From: a virus
Virus record (IMG/VR): IMGVR_UViG_3300020020_000025
Direction: 5' to 3' (one strand)
Length of the DNA: 64,000 nucleotides
Part shown: positions 31,292-40,951 of the stretch, in pieces
How positions within the stretch are numbered: position 1 is the first letter of the stretch
Layout: every line of letters begins with the position of its first letter
Program-made: the position numbers and the translations under genes
Notes under the pieces: model-generated
Databases searched by the model: none
Seen by the model: the letters and a program-made list of their open reading frames with translations, nothing else
What the model was told of the DNA's origin: nothing

Positions 31292-31936
31292 TTACGGCGT
31301 CAGAGCAAAACTTAGGCCCGCCCTGACCAACGTGCTATCCTGATCGAAGCCATCAAAGTTCAGTCTAATAGCCTCGACCCTGGCGGCTACTCGGCGGTTG
31401 ACTTCCCACTCGATGCCTGCCCCATAAGATGCCCCTAGTCCCTTACCGTTGTCGGCCCACGCTGCTCCACCCGTTACATAGGGCATAAGCGGTACGTCCT
31501 TCAACGGGTACATGCCCACTCTCAGCCGGGCAGTAGTACTCCACAGACTCTTCAGATGCTCTTCCTCCTCATCATTGAACACCTTAAAACCATTCCTCGT
31601 ATAGTCGGCCTCAACACCAAAGGCCCACGTTGGACTAGGTCGGACCATATAGCCTGCAAAGCCGCCCCAGCTGAATGTCCGATCTTCAGCACTAAATCCG
31701 TTGTCGCTCAACTCTCCAAATCCCGCGCCTGCGGTAATGCCTGCGTAGACGTAGCTATATGGAGCCCAGGTCTTTGGGTCCACTATGTCGAAGGTCTCCA
31801 TGTCCTTCGTTGACCTCTGAGGTGGAGGAGGCAGGCGTTTGGACTTCTTGGAAGGGAATAGCCCCTCCGCCATAACCTCTGGCGACGGGACCAACAGCAT
31901 AGCGGCCATAATAGCCGTTGAGAGAATGATCTTCAC
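31292..31936 (-). CDS. Outer-membrane beta-barrel protein (Omp25/RopB-like)
   Basis: Signal peptide; YAGITAGAGFG, GGFAGY, FGVEADY, TARLRVG, PYVTGGAAW, YGAGIEW, ARVEA, VRAGLSF strands. Confidence 0.85.
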   Translation of the reverse strand: MKIILSTAIMAAMLLVPSPEVMAEGLFPSKKSKRLPPPPQRSTKDMETFDIVDPKTWAPYSYVYAGITAGAGFGELSDNGFSAEDRTFSWGGFAGYMVRPSPTWAFGVEADYTRNGFKVFNDEEEEHLKSLWSTTARLRVGMYPLKDVPLMPYVTGGAAWADNGKGLGASYGAGIEWEVNRRVAARVEAIRLNFDGFDQDSTLVRAGLSFALTP

Positions 31937-32108
31937 CTGATTTCTCCAGCCTTGGGGGCATCACAGGGTCCCCCGTTCCCCTCCATTCCATCAGAGTTGC
32001 GTACATCCTATGAGGATGTCCTAAGCAACTACCGATATCGTACCATCCTGCGGCCTTGTAGTCCCCGACCTGGCCATGGGGCACATATTTTAACCATTGC
32101 TGTGTCAT
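31755..32108 (-). CDS. Small conserved phage protein with tail overlapping the OMP gene
   Basis: WLKYVPH...AAGW...LMEW; ATGA-coupled to RNR. Confidence 0.5.
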   Translation of the reverse strand: MTQQWLKYVPHGQVGDYKAAGWYDIGSCLGHPHRMYATLMEWRGTGDPVMPPRLEKSGEDHSLNGYYGRYAVGPVARGYGGGAIPFQEVQTPASSTSEVNEGHGDLRHSGPKDLGSI

Positions 32109-33805
32109 AAAGAGCACACTCCCGTAGGACATTCCTGCGTCTCAGCGGTCAACAGACCGGCTCGCTTACCTCCATCTCGGAAAGTGGCACATCCCTTGGC
32201 TCCAGATCGCCAGGCCTGGAAATAAAGCTCTTTGAAATCGGCCCAGAGCATGTTTGAAGGGACATTACAGGTCTTAGATACGGCACTATCGACGTGCTTT
32301 TGACATGCGGCCAGGACTGCGATGTGCTCCTGAGCACTGACTTCAAGGGCCGTCTTGGGATTAATGCCCAGGTTAGCATATCCATAGTCCTTGATCTCGG
32401 TTTCCTTAAAGCCGTTCTGATCTTCTATGGGTCGTTTGTAGGCCACGGAGAAAGTAGGCTCAATTCCAGAAGATATGGCATCCATACAGAGGGAGATCGT
32501 TCCAGTGGGAGCAATTGAGGTGAGATGACTGTTCCGGATGCCGTTCTGTTTAATACAGGCTCGAACCTTATCACTGAGACCGAGTATGAAAGGGGCCTCG
32601 AGATAGTGGTCGGGATTGTAGGCAGGAAAAGCTCCTTTCTCTGCGGCCAGGAATGAGGACTGCATATAGCACTCCTCCTTGATGGTCTCCAGAATCTTGT
32701 CAGTCAGGCCTATAAATTCCGTCGTCCCGTAGGGATAGCCGCACGCCTCTATCGCATTTGCGAGGCCCATTACTCCGAGGCCCATTCGCCTCGTTCGGAT
32801 CGCTGATTGACGCTGCTCGGGAATTGGATAGTAGGCAACATCCGCAACATTGTCCATCGCTCTCACAACAGGGCCAATATCCTCTACAAGCGCGGGAAGG
32901 TCGAAATTGTATCGTCTCTTCGATGCCATTGAAATCCCTTCGCATGGCTTCAAGTACCTCGTTAGATTGAAGGAGCCTAGCAGGCAGGCTCCGAAGGGCG
33001 GCAAGGGCTGCTCTGAGCATGGGTTCGTCGCACATATGGCCTCACAGTATCTAAGATTGTTGTAGTGGTTGATGGAGTCAATGAAGATAACTCCTGGCTC
33101 GGCCCAGTCCCAAGTCGAACGCATGATAGTCTCCCATAGGGAGCGGGCATCTACCTTGCGATAAATCTTGCCCTCGAATTGAAGAGGAAATTCGTCCCCA
33201 AACTCCACTGCATGCATAAAATCATCAGTGATTGCTATACTAAGATTGAATCTATTGAGTTGGTTATCATTCTGCTTGGCGTGAATGAACTCAATGATAT
33301 CAGGGTGATCGACTCTGAGCACGCCCATCTGCGCTCCTCTTCGCTCGCCGGTTGAGGCGATGGCGCTTCCAAGCGTGTTATACAGGGCCATAAAGCCCAC
33401 AGGACCAGTACTGTGACTATCCAGGCTACGGATAAGGCTACCCCGAGGGCGAAGTGTCGAAAAATCATAGCCTATACCCCCACCCCTTCGCATGGTCTCT
33501 GCTGCTTGATCGAGTCGATCCATAATACCGTCGGGGCCTCTAAGTTTGTCGGAAATCGTCCCTGAAACAAAACAGTTGTAAGGAGTGACCCTTTTAGTAG
33601 TCCCGATGCTTGACAGAATTCGTCCCCCTGGGGAGAAACGACAATCCAGTAGGATATTCCGAAATCCTTTGTAATGAGTATCGTTGTCAGCAAGCCCGGA
33701 GGCAACGCGGTTGCAGACATCTCTAAAATCCTCCCCCATCTGAGTATACTTCTGCTTGAACAACTCGATCGATGCGACTGTCTGCGGACCGGAAGGCCTT
33801 GACAT
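32105..33805 (-). CDS. nrdJ: Class II (adenosylcobalamin-dependent) ribonucleotide reductase
   Basis: SPGGR, NCFV, GGGIGYDFS, NPCSEQ, CLLGSFNL, IAPTG, C-terminal CPTGVC; no beta-subunit gene seen. Confidence 0.9.
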   Translation of the reverse strand: MSRPSGPQTVASIELFKQKYTQMGEDFRDVCNRVASGLADNDTHYKGFRNILLDCRFSPGGRILSSIGTTKRVTPYNCFVSGTISDKLRGPDGIMDRLDQAAETMRRGGGIGYDFSTLRPRGSLIRSLDSHSTGPVGFMALYNTLGSAIASTGERRGAQMGVLRVDHPDIIEFIHAKQNDNQLNRFNLSIAITDDFMHAVEFGDEFPLQFEGKIYRKVDARSLWETIMRSTWDWAEPGVIFIDSINHYNNLRYCEAICATNPCSEQPLPPFGACLLGSFNLTRYLKPCEGISMASKRRYNFDLPALVEDIGPVVRAMDNVADVAYYPIPEQRQSAIRTRRMGLGVMGLANAIEACGYPYGTTEFIGLTDKILETIKEECYMQSSFLAAEKGAFPAYNPDHYLEAPFILGLSDKVRACIKQNGIRNSHLTSIAPTGTISLCMDAISSGIEPTFSVAYKRPIEDQNGFKETEIKDYGYANLGINPKTALEVSAQEHIAVLAACQKHVDSAVSKTCNVPSNMLWADFKELYFQAWRSGAKGCATFRDGGKRAGLLTAETQECPTGVCSL

Positions 33806-33853
33806 TCTGGCAGTCCCCCGTTATTGGTGTTTAGAGCATGGCGCTATGTGGCA

Positions 33854-33881
33854 ATTATATGACATACGGCGCTCGCGTCAA
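33854..33881 (-). promoter_or_regulatory. sigma70 promoter for the RNR/OMP operon
   Basis: TTGACG-16-TATAAT. Confidence 0.7.
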
Positions 33882-33906
33882 CACAAAAACGCCATAACCT
33901 ATTGAT

Positions 33907-35451
33907 ATGGCAAGGGAATCCGGAAAGACTGTGACAGAAACCACACACGTTCCGCCCACTCGATCCGAAAAAGAGATGCTCCTCGCACTCGCTGAGGAGC
34001 TTAAAACTAGAAGGGAAAAGGACCCCCTCCTCCTTTATCCTCTTCATGACAAACAAAGAGCTTTCGTATCGTCGGTTCTGCAAAGAAAGTTTAAGGAGAA
34101 TTGGTTTATCGCGGCCAATCGAAGTGGGAAAAGCGATGCAGGAGCCTATATTGGAGCAAGTCTTGCGAGGTTCGGTTCTACCCCTGGAGGAATGGTCCCA
34201 GGAAGCCCGCCGGATGGAGCACGAGCTACATCTGGATGGGTGTCAGCGCTCGATTTCCCAACTTCTCGAGACGTCATCCAGCCCAAGTACTTCGATAATG
34301 GGTTCGTACCCCCAGGTCAAAGATATAGACCGTTTATTCCAGATCACGAAATCGAGCAGTGGCGAGTAGATGATCAGATTCTGAAGCTCAAGAATGGCTC
34401 AATTATAGGGTTCAAGAGCGCTGACTCTGGCCGCCGCAAGTATCAGGGCTCCGAGAAAGACTGGTTCCACATGGATGAAGAGCATCCCTGGGACATCTAT
34501 GAGGAGGCAGTAATCCGTGTTGGGGCCAGGCCTTTACTTTTCTTCTGCACAGCCACGATCTTACCTCCCGAGGGCATCAATACGACGGTTAGTTGGGTCT
34601 TTCCGAAGATCATTCAACCGTTTAAGGTGGGTCTTCTTTCCCACGTGGGCGTCTATGGCGCATCGATCTATGACAATCCAGGCATTGCACGCGATGAGAT
34701 TGCAAGACTTGAAAGCATTTACCCCTTGGGCTCCCTATCTAGACGTATTAGACTCGAGGGAGAATGGCTACCTGGTATCGGGGGAGCAAGAGCGTATGGG
34801 TCTTTTGAGCGCCAACTTCACGTCCGTAAGCAGCCGGAAGTCAGTATTCGACGACCTCTCATCTGGACCTGGGACTTCAATGTAGAACCAATGGTATCCC
34901 TCGTTGGACAGATGGATGGAGAGGTTTATAGGGTCCACAAAGAGCTGGTTTTAGACGAGGGCAGCATTCCTGAGATGTGCGATATGTTCAAACAACACTT
35001 CCCAACACACGAGGCCGAGATTTGGCTCTATGGAGATGCGTCGGGCGAGAAGAGAACGGGCCAAACAGGTAAGTCAGATTACTTTATCGTGATGCAGGAG
35101 ATGCGATCCTTCAACGTGCCAATCAAGATGAAGGTCCCTCCTGACAATCCTAAGGTGGCAGACCGCGTTAACGCAGTTAACCGCATATGCAAGGATGAGA
35201 GAGGCCGAGTTGGCCTAGCAATTGACCCCTCCTGTGTCGAGTTGATCGCTGATCTTGAGGGCGTTCTGAGGGATCAGAAGGGCGGTATCTTCAAAGTACG
35301 CAACAAAAAGGATCCATACTTCCGCCGGACGCATACTTCTGACGCGCTGGGCTACTGGATCAGCTTTGAGGAGCCTGTGAGGCCTCCATCGGACTTCTAT
35401 CGCTCGGGAATGGCTATACCGCAGCCAGGGTATGCCTTTGGAAGACGGTGA
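33907..35451 (+). CDS. terL: Terminase large subunit
   Basis: Walker A AANRSGKS, Walker B MDEE, nuclease WDFNVEPM, GDASG, HTSDALGY. Confidence 0.92.
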   Translation: MARESGKTVTETTHVPPTRSEKEMLLALAEELKTRREKDPLLLYPLHDKQRAFVSSVLQRKFKENWFIAANRSGKSDAGAYIGASLARFGSTPGGMVPGSPPDGARATSGWVSALDFPTSRDVIQPKYFDNGFVPPGQRYRPFIPDHEIEQWRVDDQILKLKNGSIIGFKSADSGRRKYQGSEKDWFHMDEEHPWDIYEEAVIRVGARPLLFFCTATILPPEGINTTVSWVFPKIIQPFKVGLLSHVGVYGASIYDNPGIARDEIARLESIYPLGSLSRRIRLEGEWLPGIGGARAYGSFERQLHVRKQPEVSIRRPLIWTWDFNVEPMVSLVGQMDGEVYRVHKELVLDEGSIPEMCDMFKQHFPTHEAEIWLYGDASGEKRTGQTGKSDYFIVMQEMRSFNVPIKMKVPPDNPKVADRVNAVNRICKDERGRVGLAIDPSCVELIADLEGVLRDQKGGIFKVRNKKDPYFRRTHTSDALGYWISFEEPVRPPSDFYRSGMAIPQPGYAFGRR

Positions 35452-35629
35452 AAACGTCCAGAAACTGGTTGGAAAGGTCCTTACGCCGAGAAATCGCTGT
35501 AAGGTCTGCAAAATTCCCATGAACTCTGACGCAGAAAACCGACTTGGCGTCCATGTCCGCTGTGTGTATGATGTGAGCCTGCGCAAGAAGTACGCCATTC
35601 CGGGACCTCGCTATGGCCGCAAAGAGTAG
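35432..35629 (+). CDS. Small Cys-containing protein
   Basis: CKVC...HVRC; overlaps TerL stop and portal start. Confidence 0.5.
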   Translation: MPLEDGENVQKLVGKVLTPRNRCKVCKIPMNSDAENRLGVHVRCVYDVSLRKKYAIPGPRYGRKE

Positions 35630-37586
35630 ACCTGCTGGGTCTGACGAGCCAGTAGGCGATAATGATAGTCTGACAATTCTGCAGGCCGTTCGGTCCTGTT
35701 TTAATGAGGCTGAAGAGGCTAAAAGGTCGCGTCTGGAGAAGAATAGGATCAATCGAGACGTCTATTTTGGTCGCCAGGACTGGTCTGACAAGCAAGAAGG
35801 TCAATCAACCGAATTTTTACCCAAAGTCTCAACTTCAGTCGAGCAAATGTGCGCCTTTATCAAGCGGGGACTCATTAAGTTTGGTGATTGGTACTCAGTA
35901 GACCTCGATCGGCAGCTGGCGAACGTCATAGATGGTGCCCAAGTACGGGTAATCCTCAATTGCTTCTTAGATGACCTATGGACAGGCAATAATACGGCAA
36001 CGAAGTTGCCCTTGGTCATTGCTGATGCCGTGAAGATGGGCCTTCTCGAGAGTTTGATGATTGTGAAGGTGCATGGGGGAATGACCTATACTCGAAGCTA
36101 CGGATATGAGCGGGGGGAGCCACTGGTGCCCCCCGAAGGGGGTGAGCCTGAGCGAGAAGATGTCCTCCAGATGGAGGAAACGCAGGAGTGGAAGCTGCGG
36201 ATTGACTTAATTCGCCCCGAAGACTATTATCCCGATCCCACAGGAAATGGTCTCTATGAGATACACCGAGTGGAGCGTGATCTACACGAAGTTCTTGAGG
36301 CCGCTGAAAGCGGCATGTACGATATGGCGGCAGTTAAGCAACTTATAGACACTGATTACAAGCGTCCTGAGGATGAAGAGCGAAGTGATGCTGACAGAAA
36401 CCAAAATGAAGCTACGACACCAGCCTTCAGAAAGAGGGTGGTCCTCGATGAGTTTTGGGGCACGCTACTTAATAACGATGGTACTGTCGCTCACCGCAAT
36501 ATCGTTTGTACTATCGCTAATGACAAGATTATTGTGAGGAAGCCAGAGGCTAATCCGTTCTGGCACCAGGAAAGTCCCTTTGTTGCACAGCCCCTCATTA
36601 GAGTGCCATTCTCAGTATGGCATAAGGCCTTGTATGACGATGCATCATCATTGAATCTCGCTATTAATGAGCTCTTCAACCTTATACTGGATGGCGGGGT
36701 AGCCGCAGTTTGGGGCATCAAGCAAATAAGGGTTGAGGATCTTGAAGATCCTGGCCAGGTCGCGGGCGGGGTAAAGCAGGGTATGACCCTAGCGGTCAAG
36801 CAGACACTGCCTCACAATGCCAAGGTGATGGAAGAGTGCTCGACGGGAGATGTGCCTACGGATGCTATGGCAGTGTTCGAGGCCCTGGATCGAGAGTTCA
36901 CTCAGGCAGCACTGACTAACGAGCTGAAGCTAGGATCGCTACCTCCAAAGCAGGTTCGGGCAACAGAGGTTGTCGAGGCCTCACAGAGCCAGGCTATCAC
37001 CTTGGATGGAGTGACGGCAGATCTTGAGAGCAACTTCATTACGGTTCTGTTACGCAAGGCGTGGCTCACAGTGCTACAGAATGCTGATGATGTGCCGTCA
37101 TATGTAATGACCTCGGGGGTTGACAGGACGGTGGCTCTATTATTGATGCGCGCGAGCCCGGAGGAACGATTTGCAATGTTCGCCGGAAAATGCCAATTTA
37201 AGGTCTTCGGACTGTCGGCCACAATGGCTAAGGCCCTGGACTTCCAGAAGATCATGTCTATGCTCCAAGCAGTGATGATGAACCCGATGCTCTTCCAGGC
37301 CTTCATGATGAAATTCTCGCCAGACAAGGCCTTGAGGACTATGATGAATCGCCTCAACATCAACCCTGATGACCTGCAAAAGGATCAGGCCGAGTTGAGG
37401 CAGGCTGAGGCCGAGATGCAACGGACTCAGCAGGCAGCACAGATGCTGGGTCAAGCAAGTGGCCAGTCCGGAGCCAGTGCTCCAACTTCTGATGCTGGGG
37501 GTGCTCCTCCGGGAGGAGGATCAAGCGTCCCAGCCGAGGTTAATCAGCTGACTAATCCAACATCAGGAATGACAGCAAATGCCTAG
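35613..37586 (+). CDS. Portal protein (podovirus type)
   Basis: 657 aa after TerL; YFGRQDW, FLPK, helical core, Q/G-rich tail. Confidence 0.85.
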   Translation: MAAKSRPAGSDEPVGDNDSLTILQAVRSCFNEAEEAKRSRLEKNRINRDVYFGRQDWSDKQEGQSTEFLPKVSTSVEQMCAFIKRGLIKFGDWYSVDLDRQLANVIDGAQVRVILNCFLDDLWTGNNTATKLPLVIADAVKMGLLESLMIVKVHGGMTYTRSYGYERGEPLVPPEGGEPEREDVLQMEETQEWKLRIDLIRPEDYYPDPTGNGLYEIHRVERDLHEVLEAAESGMYDMAAVKQLIDTDYKRPEDEERSDADRNQNEATTPAFRKRVVLDEFWGTLLNNDGTVAHRNIVCTIANDKIIVRKPEANPFWHQESPFVAQPLIRVPFSVWHKALYDDASSLNLAINELFNLILDGGVAAVWGIKQIRVEDLEDPGQVAGGVKQGMTLAVKQTLPHNAKVMEECSTGDVPTDAMAVFEALDREFTQAALTNELKLGSLPPKQVRATEVVEASQSQAITLDGVTADLESNFITVLLRKAWLTVLQNADDVPSYVMTSGVDRTVALLLMRASPEERFAMFAGKCQFKVFGLSATMAKALDFQKIMSMLQAVMMNPMLFQAFMMKFSPDKALRTMMNRLNINPDDLQKDQAELRQAEAEMQRTQQAAQMLGQASGQSGASAPTSDAGGAPPGGGSSVPAEVNQLTNPTSGMTANA

Positions 37587-37791
37587 AGTTGAGCTAACCG
37601 ACTTCGGGCGCAGGTGTGCCTTAATCGACGAGAATGATGAGGTGCTAGCAGACTGGCCTATCAATCCCAGGTGGAAGGAGAAAGCAGATATGCCAACGAC
37701 CAAAAAGAAGCCTAACAAGAGCAAGAAACCGAAGAAGAAAGAGGAGGAAAACAACTCTCCTAAAAAGCCAAGAAAGCGAGGGTATTACTGA
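37579..37791 (+). CDS. Small basic protein
   Basis: K-rich C-terminus; alternative start 37690. Confidence 0.45.
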   Translation: MPRVELTDFGRRCALIDENDEVLADWPINPRWKEKADMPTTKKKPNKSKKPKKKEEENNSPKKPRKRGYY

Positions 37792-38039
37792 TGAAGGGTG
37801 AGGCCTTTCACGACTATATGTGTCCTCCCGTCAAGGGGATGGACGTAGGAGGTGGTATGTCTGCATCTGAAAATCGCCTGGTCAATCACAAAGGCAAGAT
37901 CATCTACGCCGGGGGTGGTCCCAAGTCTACCACTGGCGGCAAGGATACGAGCAAGAACGCCAAGAATAAGATCGACACTCTTGGCCTTCTGAAGAAGTCT
38001 GTTAGTCCCTCAGCCCAGGCTCAATCACGGAACAAGTAA
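37791..38039 (+). CDS. Small basic protein
   Basis: TGATG-coupled. Confidence 0.55.
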   Translation: MKGEAFHDYMCPPVKGMDVGGGMSASENRLVNHKGKIIYAGGGPKSTTGGKDTSKNAKNKIDTLGLLKKSVSPSAQAQSRNK

Positions 38040-38350
38040 TGCGTCAGATTAGGGCTGCCGAGAAACTCATTGACGAACTCCAGCACAATGCGGTAGCCAG
38101 TGGCAACCGAGTGCTGGAGCGTCGTTTGTCAGATTTGACGGTTTGGTTCTATAAGAACCGCCAGCGCATTCCTCAAGGCAACCTTGCTACGAGGATGGAT
38201 CATTTGGAAAAGGGGTTGTGGATCTCCTTCGAGGTTATGGCCCTTCTCCTCGAGCGCAACCATGAGCTGGAGGCTATGCGTCGCGGCACTTCTATGCTGT
38301 GGTTGCCTCGAGGTATGACGATAGAGAATCAGGAGAGGGAGTTTGGTTAA
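38039..38350 (+). CDS. Hypothetical head-module protein
   Basis: TAATG-coupled. Confidence 0.6.
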   Translation: MRQIRAAEKLIDELQHNAVASGNRVLERRLSDLTVWFYKNRQRIPQGNLATRMDHLEKGLWISFEVMALLLERNHELEAMRRGTSMLWLPRGMTIENQEREFG

Positions 38351-38624
38351 TAGGGACCATAACCATGAGTTGATGGAGCGGGCCAAGGAGGCGTCGCTCA
38401 CTCATTCGGTGGTCATTCCCTTCGTCAACGACAAGATTACCCAGCACGTACAGATGATGGTAGCACTGTATAGGGGTGGGAAGTACACACACGATCAGCT
38501 ATTGGGGTTAGTTGCCGAGATTGCGGCCCTTATGGCACTAGTTAGCGATCTCGAAGCGCAGGTGAGACAGGGCGATATAGCCGCAGAAAGGGAGTTCAGA
38601 GATGCCCCGCAAACCCAAAGATAA
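38343..38624 (+). CDS. Hypothetical head-module protein
   Basis: GGAG RBS; helical; precedes scaffold. Confidence 0.6.
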   Translation: MVNRDHNHELMERAKEASLTHSVVIPFVNDKITQHVQMMVALYRGGKYTHDQLLGLVAEIAALMALVSDLEAQVRQGDIAAEREFRDAPQTQR

Positions 38625-39312
38625 GGCCGATGCCGATCTAATCGGTGGTTTTCCTCAGGATGGCCAAGTCGTTGATACTGATCCCCCAGAGCCGAAACCT
38701 AATGAGGATGAGCCTGACGAGGATGAAGATGATGAGCCTGTAGATCAGGTCGCTGAGCTTCAGCGTCAGATGGACGAGATGAAGCGAACGCATGACAAGG
38801 AGATCGCTGAGCTGCGGAGAGCGACACCTCCTGTCGAACCCAAGACCAAAAAGGATGAGCCTGAGCCCACAGACTGGGATAATCTACTTTTTACGAAGCC
38901 CAAAGACGCTGTAGCGCAGATCAAGAAAGAAGCTAAGGAAGAAGTTCAACGCGAGATGCGGGCGGAGTACCAACGGGACCAGGGCACTCGGAAGTTCTGG
39001 GCCGACTTTTATACGTCCAACCCTGATCTGAAAGATGATGATGATTTGGTGCAGCTTGTTTTGTCAGGGAGCATGAGTGAACTGGCAAATGTTCCCGTTA
39101 AACAAGCAATCAAACGCCTTGGGGACTTGACGAGGGATCGCATTCTCCGATATGCCGGTGGGAAGCCCCGAGGGGGTAAGCGCGCGATGGTTGAGGGCAG
39201 CAATCCTCCTCGCCAACGGACGCGGGAACCCGAGGTGGCTGAGGTTACTAGTCTGAGTGAGATTATTCGGGCTAGGAAGGAACGACGGCACAAGAAGGCT
39301 AGTGCTGCCTAA
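38602..39312 (+). CDS. Capsid scaffolding protein
   Basis: Acidic disordered N-terminus, coiled coil, basic C-terminus; directly upstream of capsid gene. Confidence 0.75.
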   Translation: MPRKPKDKADADLIGGFPQDGQVVDTDPPEPKPNEDEPDEDEDDEPVDQVAELQRQMDEMKRTHDKEIAELRRATPPVEPKTKKDEPEPTDWDNLLFTKPKDAVAQIKKEAKEEVQREMRAEYQRDQGTRKFWADFYTSNPDLKDDDDLVQLVLSGSMSELANVPVKQAIKRLGDLTRDRILRYAGGKPRGGKRAMVEGSNPPRQRTREPEVAEVTSLSEIIRARKERRHKKASAA

Positions 39313-39325
39313 CGGGGAGACTTAG

Positions 39326-40270
39326 ATGCCTCAATTTACCTGGACCTTCGATGCGCCGACGGGCACCTACAAGAACCACACGCTTGCATCGAAGTTGTAT
39401 GAAGCCGCAGTCGAGAATAGCGTCTTCGTAGATCACGTTCGTACTGTCGATGGGTATGGACGAGGGAAGGGCGAGAGTGTAACGCTCACGAGGGTCCAGA
39501 ACATCACTGAACCTCTTACTGCTGACCTCGAGGAGACTGTACGTATTCCCGAGGATGAGTTTAATCTGACGACCAAGACAATCACCGTTAGGGAGATCGG
39601 TCGGGCAGTTCCCTTTACTAGCCTCTCCCAGGATCTCAGCCGCTACGACACTGAGAATCCGATCCAGCGGAAGCTGCGCGACCAGATGAGGCTTGTCCTG
39701 GATACGAAGGCCGCCACGGCCTACAAGCTGGCCAAGGTCAAATACGTACCGACTGGCGCAGCTTCGAACAACATCACCACTAATGGAACCCCCGGAGCTG
39801 CAGCGACTGCCAACATGAATTTCTTCCATGTTGAGGAGATTCGTGATTACATGTTCGACACCCTTCAGGTTCCTCCCCTGGAGGGTGACGACTATCTTGG
39901 CATCTTCCGAACGCTGGGGCTCCGGGGTATCAAGCGTGATAGCGCTTGGGAGGAATGGCACAAGTATCAAGACCCGCAGGCCAAGTACAATGGCGAGGTT
40001 GGTCGAATCGAGGGCATCCGCTTCATCGAGACCAATCATGCTAGGGCACTGGGTAAGATTGGGTCCGGCTCGGTCCTGGGCGAGGGCGTTGTCTTCGGTG
40101 AGGATAATGTGGCAATTGCTGAGGCAATGACCCCAGAGCTGCGCGCGGCAATTCCTGGCGACTTTGGTCGGTCTAAGGCGGTTGCCTGGTATGGTATCCT
40201 GGAGTTCGATATCGTCTGGGATACTGGTAATGCTGGCGAAGCCAGGATCGTTCACGTATCCAGCACCTAA
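39326..40270 (+). CDS. Major capsid protein (HK97 fold, N4-gp56-like)
   Basis: 314 aa; GKGESVTL, GEVGRIEGIRFIET, DFGRSKAVAWYG; position after scaffold. Confidence 0.88.
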   Translation: MPQFTWTFDAPTGTYKNHTLASKLYEAAVENSVFVDHVRTVDGYGRGKGESVTLTRVQNITEPLTADLEETVRIPEDEFNLTTKTITVREIGRAVPFTSLSQDLSRYDTENPIQRKLRDQMRLVLDTKAATAYKLAKVKYVPTGAASNNITTNGTPGAAATANMNFFHVEEIRDYMFDTLQVPPLEGDDYLGIFRTLGLRGIKRDSAWEEWHKYQDPQAKYNGEVGRIEGIRFIETNHARALGKIGSGSVLGEGVVFGEDNVAIAEAMTPELRAAIPGDFGRSKAVAWYGILEFDIVWDTGNAGEARIVHVSST

Positions 40271-40280
40271 GGGGAGCCAG

Positions 40281-40706
40281 ATGTACGACCAACAGAAAAT
40301 TGACATTACTATTCTGCCTCCTACCTCCCTGGCGGATGCAGCGAACATCGCGGCCAGTCGCTTCTACTGCGGCTATCAGCCGATCATTGTTCGCCACTTG
40401 TGGGCTACGATAACTGCGGCAGTTGCAACAGCCAATGCTACCGCTACCTTCAAGTATCGACCGACACCTGGCTCTGATACCGGCGCAGTTACCTTGGGTA
40501 CACTGGTTCTGCCATTAGCCACTGGTGCAGCTGGAAAGCAGTTCTTCAAGAAACTGACTTCCGAGCTAAAGATGGTGCCAGGTTCCGAGCTAATCCTGTC
40601 GTTCACTGGAGGTTCGGGCGCTGGTGGAATTGCGGCCTTTGGTATCTCTGCTGAGCCCAGTTGGGATGCCCCTGGCAACAACGCTAACATGATCGCGAGT
40701 GCCTAA
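40281..40706 (+). CDS. Capsid decoration/cement-like beta protein
   Basis: GGGGAG RBS before ATG 40281; A/T/G-rich beta pattern. Confidence 0.55.
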   Translation: MYDQQKIDITILPPTSLADAANIAASRFYCGYQPIIVRHLWATITAAVATANATATFKYRPTPGSDTGAVTLGTLVLPLATGAAGKQFFKKLTSELKMVPGSELILSFTGGSGAGGIAAFGISAEPSWDAPGNNANMIASA

Positions 40707-40951
40707 TGGCCTTCTCACTGAAGCCTCATGTCGTGAAGAAGAAAGAAGGCGGCGAAGGAGCTATCCTTGCAAGGGTTAGCCCCTATGTCCGCTTGATGGC
40801 CGAGGGTGGCCCTCCAATCTTCATCCAGCATGGAGCCTTCTATACGGAGGGTGGCCAGTCAATGAAGCGGGCTGATCTGCCAGACTGGTTCGAGGAGGAG
40901 CTGAAAAAGATGACTCCCCTCGCTCGTCGAGAGTGTGGGCTGGATAAGTGA
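40706..40951 (+). CDS. Hypothetical virion-module protein
   Basis: TAATG-coupled. Confidence 0.55.
   Translation: MAFSLKPHVVKKKEGGEGAILARVSPYVRLMAEGGPPIFIQHGAFYTEGGQSMKRADLPDWFEEELKKMTPLARRECGLDK

Noticed and set aside
39299-40348. 349-aa antisense ORF over the capsid gene, and similar shadow ORFs
   Set aside because: Lies fully opposite a well-supported gene, has no motifs or RBS; a typical codon-bias shadow.
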